DNA of 64,000 nt from the NCBI GenBank assembly GCA_964016885.1, contig OZ024740.1, positions 332,010,001 to 332,074,000 of the forward strand, in the 5' to 3' direction. The notes under the pieces were generated by a model. It was not told the origin of the DNA and made no database searches. It saw only the letters and a list, made by a program, of their open reading frames with translations. A program made the translations under genes and the position numbers. Positions 14,271 to 27,380 of this stretch are shown here, in pieces (position 1 is the stretch's first letter; the number at the start of each line of letters is the position of its first letter). Origin of the DNA: Eledone cirrhosa. Taxonomy: Eukaryota.

Positions 14271-15039
14271 GAAAGGGAGTAAGGTTCTATACAAAACAAG
14301 GATTATAGGGAAAAGTTGAAACTGGAAATAGCACGGAAAATATATTCAAGGATCTGATTTTTTTCCTTTTTTTTTTCGTTTGTTTTTGTTTTTTCGTTTC
14401 TTTTCAATAATGTCATCAAAATGACACTATTGTAAAAATTAGAGGGGCAATTCTTTTAAAAAAGAGTTTTATAATGTATGTAAAATACATAAAACATAAC
14501 CGGTTTCGATCTATTAGTAAAATCAAATGTATTAGTAAAATCAAAAGAATTCAAAAGGATTTAAAATTAAAAATTAAAGATTTAAAATTAAGTGTTGAAG
14601 TAAGTTTGTTCATCTTTCTTGTTGAGAAGAAGACTGGAAAATAGAATCTTGTGTATATAAAGTCACGGTAGTAACCGTAGCAGTAGCAAATGAGGTTAAT
14701 CAGCCCACCTACACAGGCGAAAAGACTATATATTTTCGACTGTTTCAAATTCCAGCAGTAAGCCAGAGGAAGTGTTCTATTGGTCAAGTAATTTATTTTG
14801 CAAGGCGATTATATAACTGTATTGAAACACGTATTAGAGACTCTATTTTAAAATTTATATTTTTTTCTCCATTTTTGCAATGTAAAAATCACTTATTGTT
14901 CAAAGAAATGCCGATAATCTTTTGATTCTTTTCAGATATTAGCTAAAAGCAATTATTTGAATAGTAGACCTCCAAGGATAACCTATTTACAAAACGCTGT
15001 AGCCGTCTAGTGAATGTCTGTCAATATTACCTACAAACA

Positions 15040-15230
15040 TGGAGGTGGAATGACAGAATCTTTGGAGCGCGTTGAACAAATGCTTTCATTCTCAGTTCAA
15101 ATTTCGCAGGGGTCAATTTTGATATTCCCTGGTTAACAAAATAAAGAACCAAGTACTGAGATCGAATTAATCGAGGAAATATTATCCCCAAATTCCTGGC
15201 CTTGTACCTCTGCTAAAAGCAATATTATTT
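15040..15230 (+). mobile_element. Old degenerate SINE
   Basis: CAGTTCAAAT B-box remnant and CCTGGCCTTGT 3' motif. Confidence 0.5.
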
Positions 15231-15903
15231 ATAGACATTAAGTTAAGTAAATCTGCCCTGTGCGAATACGCCTTGGCTCCGTACAAATTCTTCAGAAGCC
15301 GAAAAGGTGCAGAGTTAAACTATTTCCCCTTTATTTAAGACAATACCATTTCAGTGAAAAGTATGTACAACACACTTAATTTTCTCTCCTTTTATATAGA
15401 AAGCATTTCGGCTTTTCAAAATGAAATCAATTTCCTTGTTTACCTTCGCTTGGTAGATTCAACACCATTTCTTTGTCTAATATATTCCGCAAAAACAAAT
15501 ATAATAAAATCTAATAAAAACAAGTCCGGAAAAAAGAAAAAAAAAAAAGCATAAATACAGTTTAATTCTGGCGTCATGATTCAGACATCTTATACATATG
15601 TTGGAGATTAAAAGAATGAGAAACGAAATTTAAAAAATAGACAAAAGTCCTATATTTTGTCTGAATCTAAATAAAAAATACTTATTCATGTGGAATATTT
15701 GATGAAACTGCTACTTCTAATTCTCTCAATTTGATCTGAAAGTTCAGACAATAAGGAATGGTAGGATAAAAAAAAAAACAGAACGAATAAAAGCAAGAGG
15801 TGAAAAAAAACAACGCTATATATGTGCGTCAGAGTATTCGCGCGCGTGTACATGTATATCTACGTTTATGTATGTATTTATATATGTGTGTTGCGGGGAT
15901 ACA

Positions 15904-15940
<37 letters not shown>

Positions 15941-16153
15941 CGTTTCTGAATTTGTTTAGCAAGATTCTTTATCTGAAATCGTGTGTTGAAACCGATATTG
16001 TTATACTTTGGGAGGGTCATGTTGCCAATAAGAAACACACGCACCAGTTGCTTTCACTTCAATTTAATTTATTATATATTTATAAATTTACAAATTTATA
16101 AATTTCTGGTTGGTTGGTTGGTTCCACAACCAGATAGTTGTTTATATATATAT

Positions 16154-16198
16154 AGTCATAGTTCTTTCGTCACACACTCTGTGACCTCTTCAGTGACT
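16154..16198 (-). ncRNA. Minimal type I hammerhead in PLE terminal repeat (intact core)
   Basis: Minus strand reads AGTCA-CTGAAGA-G-GTCACA(GAGTG)TGTGAC-GAAA-G(AA)C-TA-TGACT. Confidence 0.8.
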
Positions 16199-16503
16199 GG
16201 GGATTTCTTTCTTCGTTTCTGTGCCTTTCCTTTCTTCTATCCTACGCCATTTTGTTTGTGTGTGGGTTGCGTGCTCAGTTTGCGCATGCGCCACATCCGG
16301 GTGTCTGTGTGTGTTTGTGTTCATTTTTCTATTTTTCTATTTATATTTTTCTATTTGTTTATTTATTTATTTATTTATTGTTGGTTGGTTGTTTGTTCTA
16401 TGTGTGTGTGTGTTTTCATTTTGTCTTGTGTGTGATTTCATTTTGTGTGTGTTTTCAATTGTAAGTTGTTTGTTCTATGTGTGTGTGTGTTTTCATTTTG
16501 TCC

Positions 16504-18867
16504 TTAATTGTAAGTTGTGATGTTGCTGTTCCACTCATATTTTCTATTTAATTTTGGTTTTAATTCTTTTATGCTTACTGCCTCTGTAATTTGCCTAAAC
16601 ATTGCGTCTTTCTTGTGTGTGGATTCTATTTTTATTTCTATGCTCTCTAATTTACCCCTGTGTTCTATCTTAGCATGTTGGTAGAGCACAGATGATTCTT
16701 TATTATATTGGAGGTCTCGCCAGTGTTCATTTATTCGTTCCCCTATACTACGAGCTGTCTCACCTATGTACACTATATTTTTGTTTCTACATTGTCCTTC
16801 AGTACATCTTATGCTATATACTACATTTCTAGTTTTACAGTTAATATGGGGGCTTATTTTACAGGTTATACATTTCTTATCTATACATGAGGGTCTTTGG
16901 AACGGGTATGTCTTGCTAATAAGTGTTTTTACGGAGGTACCAGGTCTTTCTACTATCTTAATATTGAGATTATGTTTCTTTATGGCCCTTCTAAATTTGT
17001 AGGCTAGTTCGCCTCTAGGGGTTGTATTGATGAACATTACACTCTGGTATTTATTGCTATTATACCATGAGTTTATTCTATTGGCCTTGTTCCTAGTTCT
17101 TTCTATTCTATTCCAAAATTTGCTCCTATACAAGGGGCAGGTCCCATTTATGTCATTATTTACCATTTTTTCCCATTTGGTTCTGGCTCCTTTATACACT
17201 CTGATTCTATCTCTCTGATTGTAGCCAGAGAACTGCATACGGTGGATGAAGTGTTGTATGTGTCTCTCTAGTTCTTCGGGGTTGCACAAGCGGGACACAT
17301 TTCTCATCACCCGTACCAAATCCGCAATCAGTATGTTGATTTTGGTATGGTCCGAAATGGCCGAGTTTCGGTGGATCAGATGTTTGGAAGTCATGGGTTT
17401 GGCATAATGGGAATGGAGGATTTGTTTTTGGTTGTTAATTGTATCTAACCAGAGCTCTGTGTCTAGTACAGGTAATCGATGGTTGGGGTGTCTACTTGGG
17501 TAGTCTATAGTAACTCTAATGCTCTGGTGGATGGAGTTTGCTATTTGCTGGATGCTTTCCATTGTGTTTTTCTCTAGTTCCTGACTGTTCTTTAGTGGGG
17601 GTGTCTTAACTACGATGTTTATATCATCTACGTAGCGGGAGTACATTATCAGGGTTAAGCTGTCTTCTAATTGTTCATTAAGTTTTTGTTTAAGTCTACT
17701 GTCCCACCATACCATGAATAAGTTAGCTATGTCGCCTGCAATGCTAACACCAATGGCTGCTCCTTCCTCTTGGGCATATGTTTTACCATTAAATTTGAAC
17801 ATATGTTCCTTAAGGGTTAATTTTATGCTGGCCCCTACCGCATGTGCAATCATTTTCTTCAGTTCATCGTGGTTTTCGGGTGTCCGTATGGCTCTGGTCC
17901 ACCCGTTCCATCTATCTGTGTGGGTTTTCTTGGCCATTGAGGTAATGTTAGGTGGTCTGCCTCTTGCTGGTCTTGTAGGGCACAGGTTGCTAAGGTTATA
18001 AGTGTCTAGGTAACTATTACTATGGGTAAGCTTAAGTAGAAGTCCCAGCTCACTGGTATCAATCCCACGGAACTCAACCTTGCTCTCGCTGATCATTTCT
18101 ACGCATTTCACCACAGCAAAATCCACGTCAATAGATGGATACAGGGACACAACATCAATACTGCCTATTATGCAGTTTGTTAGGTCCCCAGATCGGTTAC
18201 CCGCGCCGATTCTGCTGAGGAGATCCTCCGTGCTGTCACACACATCTGGGGACATCTCAATGATGGGGCGTATGATCAGGGAGAGGAAGTAGGACAGTCT
18301 GTAGTTACTAGCAATGTTAGCCCCACAGACTGGCCGTGTTGGTGGTCCCGCGACAGGGTCCCAGCCCGTTTTATGGTCTTTTCGAAGCCCATACAACGCC
18401 GGCATGTCATTGTTCCAGGCCTGGAAGTTGTTGGCAGTCCTTTTGTTGGGCTACATTATATTTGTCCACATCACCATATGGGCATTGAGGGTTTTTTCTC
18501 TATCCTCATGCTCCTGTGGTGTTACCTCTCTTGTGTTAGTGATGTGGGGTTGCATTGCCTGGATGTAGTTTGGCAGGCTGTCAACCGACATTCTGCCAGA
18601 CTTGTCTGTTGGAAAGCATGCTATCTCTCCATTACGCGAGCGCTGCATGAGCTTACGCAAGCCATTTGCAGATTCTTCTCCCAGTTGCTGGGCCTCTATT
18701 CTATTATGCTTCTTGCTATACTGTTCTATAATATTTCTAAGTTCGGATTTAGCTATACTAAATTGTGCTTGTTTGTTCATCGACCTGCGACGGCAACTGC
18801 GTGCGTTTGTTAAATGGCAAAGTCGTGGCGTGGACTCGTCGCAGGTCGAATGATTTATCGGAGGGGT
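16504..18867 (-). pseudogene. Inverted 5'-truncated copy of the PLE RT-GIY-YIG ORF
   Basis: 633-aa open stretch with YVDD and GIY-YIG motifs. CAG>TAG stop near 18452 and a 2-bp deletion near 18770 relative to the + copy. Confidence 0.92.
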
Positions 18868-21800
18868 GTCTGTGCTACGTCTGCCACCCAAATTTGCGAC
18901 ATTCAAGAAGGTAAATATGATTAGTTGTCTGTCAGAAATAGAAAAATCATTTACGAAACTACGCTGGGGCATCAAAAACAAAAACAAAACAACAATATAC
19001 GCACACACATATACAACACACATCCCAACAACAACAGACACACAGACACAAACAACAATAACAACAACAATAGCAACATACCCAGATACAACAACAACAA
19101 TAGCAACATACCCAGATACAACAACAACAGACACGCAAACACAAACAACAATAACAACACACACAACAACGATAACACACACACACACGGAGACAACAAC
19201 AACACACATCAACAACAACACACATCAACAACAACAACACACACGCATTCAATGCCTCTCACCACCACCACAATCTTAACAAACACACAGACACAGAAAA
19301 CAAGTAATGACAGTAGCATAGAAATCAGAGAAATAAGAGAAAGTAATAGGATTAAAAAGAAAAGGAGATGGGAGACTAAGGACAAAGAGAATAACCAAGA
19401 CGAACACACAGACACACAAAATAGGGTAGATAACAACATTGAGCCAGTGGAAAGAGACAGGAGTAATTATGAGAGACATAGAAACAACCATGAAGCTGAG
19501 GCTGCTGCTGTTGGTGGAAATAGAAACAAAACAACTAACAATAATAATAGCACTAGTACACATAAAGCAGCAGCCTGGAACTCTCCGTTTTATAACCCCT
19601 CCGATAAATCATTCGACCTGCGACGAGTCCACGCCACGACTTTGTCATTTAACAAACGCACGCAGTTGCCGTCGCAGGTCGATGAACAAACAGAAGCACA
19701 ATTTAGTATAGCTAAATCCGAACTTAGAAATATTATAGAACAGTATAGCAAGAAGCATAATAGAATAGAGGCCCAGCAACTGGGAGAAGAATCTGCAAAT
19801 GGCTTGCGTAAGCTCATGCAGCGCTCGCGTAATGGAGAGATAGCATGCTTTCCAACAGACAAGTCTGGCAGAATGTCGGTTGACAGCCTGCCAAACTACA
19901 TCCAGGCAATGCAACCCCACATCACTAACACAAGAGAGGTAACACCACAGGAGCATGAGGATAGAGAAAAAACCCTCAATGCCCATATGGTGATGTGGAC
20001 AAATATAATGCAGCCCAACAAAAGGACTGCCAACAACTTCCAGGCCTGGAACAATGACGTGCCGGCGTTGTATGGGCTTCGAAAAGACCATAAAACGGGC
20101 TGGGACCCTGTCGTGGGACCACCAACACGGCCAGTCTGTGGGGCTAACATTGCTAGTAACTACAGACTGTCCTACTTCCTCTCCCTGATCATACGCCCCA
20201 TCATTGTGATGTCCCCAGATGTGTGTGACAGCACGGAGGACCTCCTCAGCAGAATCGGCGCGGGTAACCGATCTGGGGACCTAACAAACTGCATAATAGG
20301 CAGTATGGATGTTGTGTCCCTGTATCCATCTATTGACGTGGATTTTGCTGTGGAGAAATGCGTAGAAATGATCAGCGAGAGCAAGGTTGAGTTCCGTGGG
20401 ATTGATACCAGTGAGCTGGGACTTCTACTTAAGCTTACCCATAGTAATAGTTACCTAGACACTTATAACCTTAGCAACCTGTGCCCTACAAGACCAGCAA
20501 GAGGCAGACCACCTACCATTACCTCAATGGCCAAGAAAACCCACACAGATAGATGGAACGGGTGGACCAGAGCCATACGGACACCCGAAAACCACGATGA
20601 ACTGAAGAAAATGATTGCACATGCGGTAGGGGCCAGCATAAAATTAACCCTTAAGGAACATATGTTCAAATTTAATGGTAAAACATATGCCCAAGAGGAA
20701 GGAGCAGCCATTGGTGTTAGCATTGCAGGCGACATAGCTAACTTATTCATGGTATGGTGGGACAGTAGACTTAAACAAAAACTTAATGAACAATTAGAAG
20801 ACAGCTTAACCCTGATAATGTACTCCCGCTACGTAGATGATATAAACATCGTAGTTAAGACACCCCCACTAAAGAACAGTCAGGAACTAGAGAAAAACAC
20901 AATGGAAAGCATCCAGCAAATAGCAAACTCCATCCACCAGAGCATTAGAGTTACTATAGACTACCCAAGTAGACACCCCAACCATCGATTACCTGTACTA
21001 GACACAGAGCTCTGGTTAGATACAATTAACAACCAAAAACAAATCCTCCATTCCCATTATGCCAAACCCATGACTTCCAAACATCTGATCCACCGAAACT
21101 CGGCCATTTCGGACCATACCAAAATCAACATACTGATTGCGGATTTGATACGGGTGATGAGAAATGTGTCCCGCATGTGCAACCCCGAAGAACTAGAGAG
21201 ACACATACAACACTTCATCCACCGTATGCAGTTCTCTGGCTACAATCAGAGAGATAGAATCAGAGTGTATAAAGGAGCCAGAACCAAATGGGAAAAAATG
21301 GTAAATAATGACATAAATGGGACCTGCCCCTTGTATAGGAGCAAATTTTGGAATAGAATAGAAAGAACTAGGAACAAGGCCAATAGAATAAACTCATGGT
21401 ATGATAGCAATAAATACCAGAGTGTAATGTTCATCAATACAACCCCTAGAGGCGAACTAGCCTACAAATTTAGAAGGGCCATAAAGAAACATAATCTCAA
21501 TATTAAGATAGTAGAAAGACCTGGTACCTCCGTAAAAACACTTATTAGCAAGACATACCCGTTCCAAAGACCCTCATGTATAGATAAGAAATGTATAACC
21601 TGTAAAATAAGCCCCCATATTAACTGTAAAACTAGAAATGTAGTATATAGCATAAGATGTACTGAAGGACAATGTAGAAACAAAAATATAGTGTACATAG
21701 GTGAGACAGCTCGTAGTATAGGGGAACGAATAAATGAACACTGGCGAGACCTCCAAGATAATAAAGAATCATCTGTGCTCTACCAACATGCTAAGATAGA

Positions 21801-21960
21801 ACACAGGGGTAAATTAGAGAGCATAGAAATAAAAATAGAATCCACACACAAGAAAGACGCAATGTTTAGGCAAATTACAGAGGCAGTAAGCATAAAAGAA
21901 TTAAAACCAATATTAAATAGAAAATATGTGTGGAACAGCAACATCATAACTTACAATTAA
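18868..21960 (+). CDS. PLE polyprotein: N-terminal domain, reverse transcriptase, Cys-rich linker, GIY-YIG endonuclease (5'-truncated; one frameshift in the low-complexity region 18972-19279)
   Basis: Motifs VLRLPPKFA..EKSFTKLRW (frame of ORF 18866), PTDKSG, LYGLRKDHK..RPV, SMDVVSLYPSI, QEEGAAIG, RYVDD, LPVLD, CxxxxCxxC, NVVY..YIGETAR..RINEH, EA..KP.LN. Confidence 0.93.
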
Positions 21961-22265
21961 GGACAAAATGAAAACACACACACACATAGAACAAACAACT
22001 TACAATTGAAAACACACACAAAATGAAAACACACACAAGACAAAATGAAAACACACACACACATAGAACAAACAACCAACCAACAATAAATAAATAAATA
22101 AATAAACAAATAGAAAAATATAAATAGAAAAATAGAAAAATGAACACAAACACACACAGACACCCGGATGTGGCGCATGCGCAAACTGAGCACGCAACCC
22201 ACACACAAACAAAATGGCGTAGGATAGAAGAAAGGAAAGGCACAGAAACGAAGAAAGAAATCCCC

Positions 22266-22310
22266 AGTCACAGAAGAGGTCACAGAGTGTGTGACGAAAG
22301 AACTATGACT
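22266..22310 (+). ncRNA. PLE hammerhead with a core mutation (CAGAAGA)
   Basis: Same as the 16154-16198 motif except T>A at 22272 in the CUGA turn. Confidence 0.7.
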
Positions 22311-22461
22311 ATATATATATAAACAACTATCTGGTTGTGGAACCAACCAACCAACCAGAAATTTATAAATTTGTAAATTTATAAATATATAATAAATTAA
22401 ATTGAAGTGAAAGCAACTGGTGCGTGTGTTTCTTATTGGCAACATGACCCTCCCAAAGTAT

Positions 22462-22515
<54 letters not shown>

Positions 22516-22548
22516 TTATATATTTATTCATGTGTGTATATATATATA

Positions 22549-22599
<51 letters not shown>

Positions 22600-22628
22600 G
22601 TGTGTGTGTGTGTGTGTGTGTGCGTGTG

Positions 22629-22678
<50 letters not shown>

Positions 22679-22729
22679 TGTGTGTATGTGTGTGTGTGTG
22701 TGTGTGTGCCTATTGCGTGTGTGTGTGTA

Positions 22730-23130
22730 GTTCGGTTTGTTCTATCACACATGCATCATACCAGCAGAGAGATTTACTTCTCTCTTGCACGATCCAGTAT
22801 TTTAAAATAGCGTTCTCAATTAAATTGTTGCTGGTTGGAAAGCTTGGTGAGGGTGAAGATGTGTGTGTGCGTAAACTTGTCTTGTACATCGTCGTTCTTT
22901 ATATACTTCTTCCAGTAAATTCTGTGCGCCTGCGCACTTCTCCTTGGCCTCCTCCTCTTTCAATCTTTTCTATATTTCATCTACCTCTCACCCACCTTGT
23001 CGATTGTCACTCTGTTACACATTCGTCGCTTGTCTTTGTCCTCTGAGACATTTTCACCCATTGCTGTCTTTGACTGCATTTAGATGTTTTATTGACTGTT
23101 CTAGCGGTGAGTTTTCTCGTTTTTATATGT
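22730..23130 (-). pseudogene. Highly decayed GIY-YIG-like relic (second PLE family?)
   Basis: Broken translation gives PLEQSIKHLNAVKDSN and FKILDRARE. Weakly similar to 10985-11400. Confidence 0.3.
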
Positions 23131-23179
23131 ATTCAAATACACTCTTGCTTCGTCCGATGAGAGATAACATTTTGTTGTC

Positions 23180-23213
<34 letters not shown>

Positions 23214-23519
23214 ATGAGAGAGTGTGTATGAAAACATGAGCCTGTATATGCATAAATATACATATATATATATCTGTCTGTGTGTGTTCGTGTGTTTGTG
23301 TATATGTGTGTGTGTGTGCGTATGTGGGTGTCTAGAATGTATAAGTCCTTTCATGTAGCGCTATTCTATTATTAGCTCGCATTGGCTCATGTAACTTTGA
23401 ATGGCTATCAAACAGCCTTAGATAGATAAACCCGATCACAAGTTCACAATTCGCATGGGTTCTTAATATTCAATGATTTCTGTTTCATCTGTTTCATTGT
23501 CTCGTTTATATATACTTAT

Positions 23520-23595
<76 letters not shown>

Positions 23596-24377
23596 TCGTA
23601 TCTATGTATATATACGTTTATATAAACAGCGGCACACATGCACGCCCAAAGTTACAGGAAACACGCGTACACACACATACATACACACATAGAGAAATAT
23701 ATATATATAAATATATATGTATGTGTGTATGTGTGTGTGTGCGAGTGTGTGTGTGGAAAATTGAAGAGCCTCAAATGTCAATCACAAAATAGATAGACAG
23801 CATAACAAGCCTTGATTATTAGGTTCGACTAGAAAAGCTCAATCACCACTCATGCCAATGTCACCCTGAACGCTACCTTATCTGCATGATGGGAAAAAAT
23901 ATTCCATCAGAATTAACAATATTATGTTGGAATCGTCTTTAATATACAGCTAAGGCTTGAGCCCCATGTTATTCGCCCATAACAAAAATGTAACTCGCAT
24001 TTGTATTAAACTTATGGCACAATTATTTCACCTCAGCTGGTCCTGCCCTCTCTAGGATTATACAAAAATAGAAAGCAGAAACAGATTCTATAAAGTTCAA
24101 AACGTCTTTGGAGAAATTGCTCCAAGAAATTATGTATATACCCCCTACACGTGGATTAGTCTCCCCAAACAATAACTCCCTACTTGAGTGAGCCATGTTT
24201 TCCAAATCATGATTTAAACTATATAGGTGGTGCTATTCTCAGTTCATCCATCCATCCATCTATCCATAAATATATACACGCATCCATCCACACATACATA
24301 CATACATGCATACATACATACATAATGGCTGCCCCTTCGTTATCGCGTATGGCCATTGCAAGGTTTACCATTATTAA

Positions 24378-24550
24378 TGAATTGGCAGTATCGGTAGAGA
24401 GTCGGGCATGCTTTCCAGCATAGTTACGTCCTTTTACGATCTGAGTTCAAATCGGGCCGAGGTTAACTTTGCCTATCATCCTTACGGGGTCGATAAAATA
24501 AAGTACCAGTAATGTGCTGGGTAGTGTGCCTAAAATAGAAACAATTATTA
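24378..24550 (+). mobile_element. tRNA-derived SINE
   Basis: Same SINE consensus. Confidence 0.85.
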
Positions 24551-25034
24551 ATAATTATTAATTAATTCTATCGTGCAATGCCTGTGCGTGAAGATATTTT
24601 TAAAGTGAGGAACAACTGAGCGCAGGTTTTATATTGGAGTTATCCCAGTTTCCTGAGTTTCATTCTCCTAGAAGAATGCCGTGACAAAGGCTAGGGGTCC
24701 TTCACTCTTAGTGGTTTAACCGCGCGATAGGGTGTCCAGCCCGACTATATCTATGTCACCGCGCATATAATTACACCCATGCATACACATATACATACAT
24801 ATGTACATGTGTATATAGATATTTACACACTTTGGGATGGCCGTTGACTTTTATGAGTTCTTTCGCTCTTTGTCAGGTTTTGCTTTTTATTCTGCAGGGT
24901 GTCCAAAATCCCGCTCCTCACCAAATAAACTTGGTGGGGTTGCCGGTTTAGTCGCTGACGACCCGACCATGCGATAGGTTATACTGGGTTACATGTTACC
25001 AGTAGCATTCAAGAGTGACCCGACATATATACAT

Positions 25035-25513
25035 ACATACATGCATGTATATACATACTAGTGTACGTCTGTAAACATATATGTATGTACGTATACATGC
25101 TTATATTTAAGTATGAGCCGTACTAAGATTGAGAAATGACATTTCATTTTTCCATTTATCGTTTTCGGTTCACCGACTAACTCACTCGATATGCAAATTA
25201 GGCTGCTCAGGCGTTAATATGCATAAGGAAAGTATATACTTTCAAACATTCAATCGACTGACAGGAAGGTATACGATGCTGATGACAACTAACATGCTAG
25301 AAACTAGTTCATCGTTCCTTAATCATTGTTGAACAAAAGGGCAACGATGGTTGCCGAACACTGTACGGCTACGAATTCGGGGTGTTTGTTTACAAACAAA
25401 CAGAGCATTATAATAAATGTTCGGTAAACCCATACGTACATATATATATGTGTATGTATGTATATAGATACTAGTGTACATCTGTATACATATATGTATG
25501 TACGTATACATGC

Positions 25514-25515
<2 letters not shown>
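25035..25515 (+). mobile_element. Diverged dispersed monomer of the ~443-bp HHR repeat
   Basis: Colinear with the array unit. CTGATGA at 25279, GAAACTAGTT-CATCG, helix II disrupted. Confidence 0.85.
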
Positions 25516-25555
<40 letters not shown>

Positions 25556-25629
25556 GATTGTTATTATAAATAAATAATATACTCTAGCTCTTTACTATTT
25601 TCCTTTATACATTCTACGGAAAATCTCGA

Positions 25630-25696
<67 letters not shown>

Positions 25697-26349
25697 GAAA
25701 TAACAAGTTGCGTGAGATGGACATAAAACATGACGAAGTAAATAAGAATAGATAGAAGCTGGAGTTGGAGAGAAATCATACATTATCTAAAATAAAAACT
25801 TTCTTGCTACTATTAACATCTAGTCTCAGCGAAGATTAGAAAGATCTTTATACTTTGATCAGTAGACGATAGCTGACCTATACATGTGTTATTGATTCGA
25901 TTTCAGGAAAACAAACAAATAATTGTCCGAATACGCATGTAACTGGTCACAAAAGCCGTATATAATGTTGATTATGCAGTTAGAAAAGAATGAAATATAT
26001 GCAGAAAGTAGATGTCTGTAGTTTAAATGCACAGCAATCCTAGGTTTCGCAACCCTATTTGGGGCATTTTCGTTCTACACTTCTTCTAAACTTGCAATCT
26101 CTTCCAATTTTACTCTATGTTTCCATTCCCCCTCTCTATATTTTGCTCTCGCTTTCTCTTCCCCTATAAAATGTTCTTATTTTTACTACTTAAGTGTTGG
26201 CAACACAGCAATGAACGTACAAGAATTCAGAGATTCTTACGGAAAACGTGTGCGCATGCAAACACACTCATACACGCACACACACACACACACAGACAAA
26301 CACACACACATAAACACACGCACACACACACACATACATACACAAAGAA

Positions 26350-26439
<90 letters not shown>

Positions 26440-26849
26440 GTAATTCTTTGTGGAGAACTTTATTAGATTGATTTGTTCCACAAAGAAATTAAGGGGAGGG
26501 AAGAATGTGTGGCTCAGGCAGCAAAAAAGATGTATGGAAAACATTTTGTAAGTATAACTGTTCCACAGTGGAGGTGTTGGCAGCAACAGAGATAAAAACT
26601 CTCTCGTATGGATGCATTGCTATCAAGTTGAAATGGCCAGAGCTAGTCATATAAACCCACGAGGAGGCTGCTCTGACGGGCTTGATTCCTGACATCCAAC
26701 ACATGGCAGGCATCAAAGAGTTTGATACCATATAGTGTACTTCAAAAGTGAGGCCGCTGCAAAGAAGTACTCTGTGGTCCCATGTAAAACGGATAATGTT
26801 TCTGTATTCACCATCATCTTGACATCGGAACTCTCTTGACAATCCCATT

Positions 26850-27380
26850 ACATACTGTTCAGTCCTGCATTACTTATGTACAGCCCTGAGTCACTGGGCA
26901 CCTATGTTGCTGGGGAAAGTCAGTTTTCGTGAATAGACACATCCAGAGGGATGCCACAGAAGGAGAGATGGAATGATTTCTTTGTCGGCTTGATGACAGT
27001 GACCAGCAAACTATAGTCTTTTTTTCTTGAGTCTGAAGGATATTGGAATCAAATCTCCGTAAATGGTTTCAAGTGTTGCGTGTGATCTCCAGCTTATGTT
27101 TTCTTATTCCTCCAAGCAGATTTGTATATGCTTCATCCAGAAGTCTCTCAAGACGAACAGATATGGTCCATGTTTCTGATCTATATAGTAGTACTGGTTC
27201 AATCAATATTCGAAAGAGTTGGACTTTTAAGGAGCAAGATAAATTTGAGCGCCAAGTCTCGTCAAGCTTGTTGTACGCATCCCATGCTTTACGGATGTTG
27301 AAATCTTTTTGGGAGTCTATGAGATGAAAGCTAATATATTTAACGTTCTCGACGCTTTTGATGGATGTATTATTGAGTGA
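26850..27380 (-). mobile_element. RTE-clade LINE fragment (RT C-terminal region)
   Basis: Minus-strand translation DSQKDFNIRKAWDAYNKLDETWRSNLSCSLKVQLFRILIEPVLLYRSETWT..LLDEAYTNLL. Confidence 0.8.

Larger units (their letters stand above)
15995..22469. mobile_element. Fold-back Penelope-like element: ~2.87-kb inverted arms (15995-18867 and 19595-22469) with a 727-bp spacer
   Basis: Arms are near-identical reverse complements. Both 3' termini (CCCTCCCAAAGTATAACAATAT) face outward. Confidence 0.95.

Noticed and set aside
18373-20750. Antisense and alternate-frame ORFs over the PLE
   Set aside because: Shadow frames of the RT ORF, duplicated by the palindrome.
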